DNA of 34,562 nt, from the IMG/VR virus record IMGVR_UViG_3300045988_048182, positions 1-34,562 of that record; one strand, 5' to 3'. The position numbers and the translations under genes are program-made. This DNA is from a virus. Position 1 is the first letter of the stretch. Every line of letters starts with the position of its first letter. This document shows, piece by piece, positions 32,529-34,562 of the stretch. Below the pieces are notes generated by a model, which was given only the letters and a program-made list of their open reading frames with translations, did no database searches and had not been told where the DNA came from.

Positions 32529-33191
32529 TCACTTCAACACCCCCAGAATTAACGCCTTCCCTTCGTCAGAAATATTCGCTTTTTCAACGGCTCTTTTAAG
32601 GTCTATAGGCTCGTACTTTTTAACCTCAATCAAATGGCCGTTATCCAGCATCTTAACTTCTGTTTGTTTCGGCATATTTAGTTCTGCGCGCTTCCGTGCT
32701 TCCATTAAAAGCCCGTTATTCTTGATGCCTTCCGCAATTTCCATATTCTTTTGTTCGCGTGCTGCCAGTTGTTCATATGCTTTACAAAATTGGCTCATTG
32801 CTGCGCTTTCGTTGTAGCTTTGGCAATTTCTTGGATCAAAGAAATGCCATACAGTTTTAGCTGCTAACTTTGTTATACCTTCCAATTCATCAAGGCCTTT
32901 TTCATAACCTACGCTACTGGCTTTCTTTCTGACTACACCCCATGCATCTTGCGCTATCAACCGTTCTTCTTTTCCGTTTACATATCCGGAAATTTCTTCC
33001 GCTTTCTTGCGAATAGTGGCAACGGCTGGAACGAATTCACACGTATTAATGCATTGCTTGATTGCTTCGGCCAGCGTTACCGGGTTAATATCCTGTAACA
33101 TGTAGGCGTACATTTCTGTTTTCTTTACATCAATATTCGGATATATCAATAACTGGCCCGTAGCTGCATATATCTTCGCGTTCGGTTTCAT
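32529..33191 (-). CDS. Putative helicase loader (G39P-like) / replication accessory protein
   Basis: It sits directly after the replisome organizer, and AAAGGGGA precedes ATG 33191. The segment TLAEAIKQCINTCEFVPAVATIRKKAEE resembles the loader/inhibitor-of-G40P family. The similarity is weak. Confidence 0.4.
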   Translation of the reverse strand: MKPNAKIYAATGQLLIYPNIDVKKTEMYAYMLQDINPVTLAEAIKQCINTCEFVPAVATIRKKAEEISGYVNGKEERLIAQDAWGVVRKKASSVGYEKGLDELEGITKLAAKTVWHFFDPRNCQSYNESAAMSQFCKAYEQLAAREQKNMEIAEGIKNNGLLMEARKRAELNMPKQTEVKMLDNGHLIEVKKYEPIDLKRAVEKANISDEGKALILGVLK

Positions 33192-33996
33192 CTGTTCCCC
33201 TTTCTACCGCATCAATTAGCGCGTGTAATTCTGCAACCTTTCTTTCTGTATCCGTCATTGCAGCCGTTTCATTGCTGTTTAAGTATGTATCAAAATGGCT
33301 TGGCGCAAATAGAGTTTTAGGTGTTAGGTACTTTTCTAATTTCGTACCTTGCCATTCACGGCATTTCTTATCAATCACGGTTTTAAAATCGTCAACAGTA
33401 TAACCTTCTTTTAATCGTGATCGTATCGCTTGTACATATGGTTTAGTTGTAGGCTTGAATTTTGAACCGGTTTTAAGATTAAGATATTCGATAATTTCAA
33501 AGTGAGATTTATCCACATCGTCATGTGAAACATGACATATTGTTTCTATTCTATTCTCTTCTTCTCTTATCTTATCTATTCTTATCTGTGTATCCATTTT
33601 GTATCCATTTTGTATACATTTTGTATCCATGCAGGTATTATCTGTGTTCATAGGCGGTTCAACCACTTCATACACCTTGTTTTTTAACTCTACCTGTTTT
33701 GCTTCTGGTAGTTCTGATTTTGAATACCTATCAGATTGAACATAATTATGTATGCGCCAATGGCGAATTACGATAACACCTGTTTCAAAACCAATAACAA
33801 ACCGTTTGGCAATGAGTAGTTTTAAATCATCTTCCTTACACCCTGTTATACGCATAATGCTTTTTGGTGATTGGATAAACCCGTCATCGTCTGCCCTTAA
33901 TAGGAGATGAAAGTATAAGCATTGTGTGCTTTGTGGCATGTCTAGGAAATTATCAGTATCAATAATTTTCTTTGACATCATTCGTCGTTCGGCCAT
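33130..33996 (-). CDS. Phage replisome organizer (DnaD-like initiator) with conserved phage C-terminal domain
   Basis: The N-terminus IIDTDNFLDMPQSTQCLYFHLLLRADDDGFI matches the replisome-organizer N-terminal domain. The C-terminus IIEYLNLKTGSKFKPTTK...IRSRLKEGYTVDDFKTVIDKK...W matches the Phg_2220_C type. Confidence 0.75.
   Translation of the reverse strand: MAERRMMSKKIIDTDNFLDMPQSTQCLYFHLLLRADDDGFIQSPKSIMRITGCKEDDLKLLIAKRFVIGFETGVIVIRHWRIHNYVQSDRYSKSELPEAKQVELKNKVYEVVEPPMNTDNTCMDTKCIQNGYKMDTQIRIDKIREEENRIETICHVSHDDVDKSHFEIIEYLNLKTGSKFKPTTKPYVQAIRSRLKEGYTVDDFKTVIDKKCREWQGTKLEKYLTPKTLFAPSHFDTYLNSNETAAMTDTERKVAELHALIDAVERGTDETEREDICSYGPVIDISEY
33590..33631. repeat. Four tandem 11-bp iterons (GTATCCATTTT x2, GTATACATTTT, GTATCCATG) inside the initiator gene; candidate origin
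   Basis: Read directly from the sequence. A 49-bp polypyrimidine tract precedes the iterons (33541-33589, TTCTATTCTATTCTCTTCTTCTCTTATCTTATCTATTCTTATCT). Confidence 0.65.
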
Positions 33997-34250
33997 TCAA
34001 TCCCCTCATTTCGTTCAATCAATATTTCCCGTATCTCTTTTGCATGTTCGCCGTGTGCTTTATTGTGGCAATCACGGCATAAGCACGCTAAATTTTTTAA
34101 ATTCGATAACCCCATTTGTGATCTAAATACAATGTGGTGTACTTCCGATGCAGGCGCACCGCATAGTACGCATTGGCCGTTATCTCTTTCGTACGCCCAT
34201 TTTCTAGTGCGAGCGTATAATACGTTATCCAGCTTTTTCCTTTTGTTCAT
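33978..34250 (-). CDS. HNH endonuclease
   Basis: Contains CVLCGAPASEVHHIVFRS...N...CLCRDCHNKAH, a CxxC...HH...N...CxxCH zinc-finger HNH motif. Confidence 0.85.
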   Translation of the reverse strand: MNKRKKLDNVLYARTRKWAYERDNGQCVLCGAPASEVHHIVFRSQMGLSNLKNLACLCRDCHNKAHGEHAKEIREILIERNEGIEWPNDE

Positions 34251-34562
34251 GTTCGCCCCATTCCTGTACTAATGAATTGATGTACTCATCATTTTCTAAA
34301 GGAATACCTAGTTGACTGCACTCATCAACAAGTGCATCAATTAACCTTGCCATTTCTTGTTGGTTATATACTGATGAGCCGTGATATGCACGAATGATTG
34401 TATAACCTTCTGTTTTAGCAGGCCCCGCATTTTCAGCGTGCCACCCTAACCCATGCCCTTTCCAAATCTCGATAAAACGCTCTGTGGCATCGTTTTGAAT
34501 TGGTAGATAGGTAAACCCACCACATTCAATCAAAACTCGCTTGTAGACGTCATTTTTTGAGA
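34225..34562 (-). CDS. NinB/Orf-like recombination mediator, 3' part (continuation of 1-302)
   Basis: The frame stays open through to the right edge of the window. The ORF track shows only the piece from the internal Met at 34533. Confidence 0.55.
   Translation of the reverse strand, partial: SKNDVYKRVLIECGGFTYLPIQNDATERFIEIWKGHGLGWHAENAGPAKTEGYTIIRAYHGSSVYNQQEMARLIDALVDECSQLGIPLENDEYINSLVQEWGEHEQKEKAG
34478..34562. repeat. 85-bp terminal overlap, right copy
   Basis: Identical to bases 1-85. Confidence 0.9.

Overview
The window is a complete, circularly permuted temperate phage genome. Bases 1-85 are repeated exactly at 34478-34562, so the unique length is 34,477 bp and one gene is split across the artificial ends. 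Almost everything is on the minus strand, tightly packed, with many ATGA/TAATG start-stop overlaps.

Reading right to left on the minus strand, the modules are:
- Cro-like and excisionase-type HTH genes, then a recombination module (Sipho_Gp157-like, Rad52/Sak-like annealing protein, NinB/Orf-like gene spanning the junction).
- HNH endonuclease, replisome organizer with internal iterons, G39P-like loader and SSB.
- Three DNA methyltransferase genes, two of them out of frame at homopolymer runs.
- RusA, dUTPase and a DUF1492-like regulator.
- A 457-bp structured non-coding hub, followed by a two-gene island on the opposite strand.
- Packaging and head genes: TerS, TerL, portal, scaffold and an HK97-fold capsid protein.
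- Tail genes, including a collar-domain fibre.
- Three large presumed internal or ejection proteins: one with a C-terminal Hint domain, one Q-rich, and a 1760-aa polyvalent lysozyme plus zincin protein.
- Holin, a GH25 endolysin without a wall-binding domain, and a membrane-anchored protein in the spanin position.

The plus strand carries only two things: the lysogeny module (CI-like repressor, ImmA/IrrE protease, a 2-TM protein, tyrosine integrase, putative attP) and the small island at 25.7-26.4 kb. I saw no tail tube, sheath or classical tape-measure gene, so the virion looks podovirus-like. No tRNA, rRNA or CRISPR array was seen.

The most interesting signals are:
- An 18-bp palindromic immunity operator (ACTTGCG-N4-CGCAAGT) present three times in the cI/cro switch, with a fourth perfect copy 23 kb away inside a consensus promoter that drives the orphan island.
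- The repeat- and hairpin-rich hub next to that island.
- A G9 tract that switches a C5-methyltransferase out of frame.
- A non-splicing Hint domain in a virion protein.

All functional calls rest on motif recognition by eye. No database search was run.
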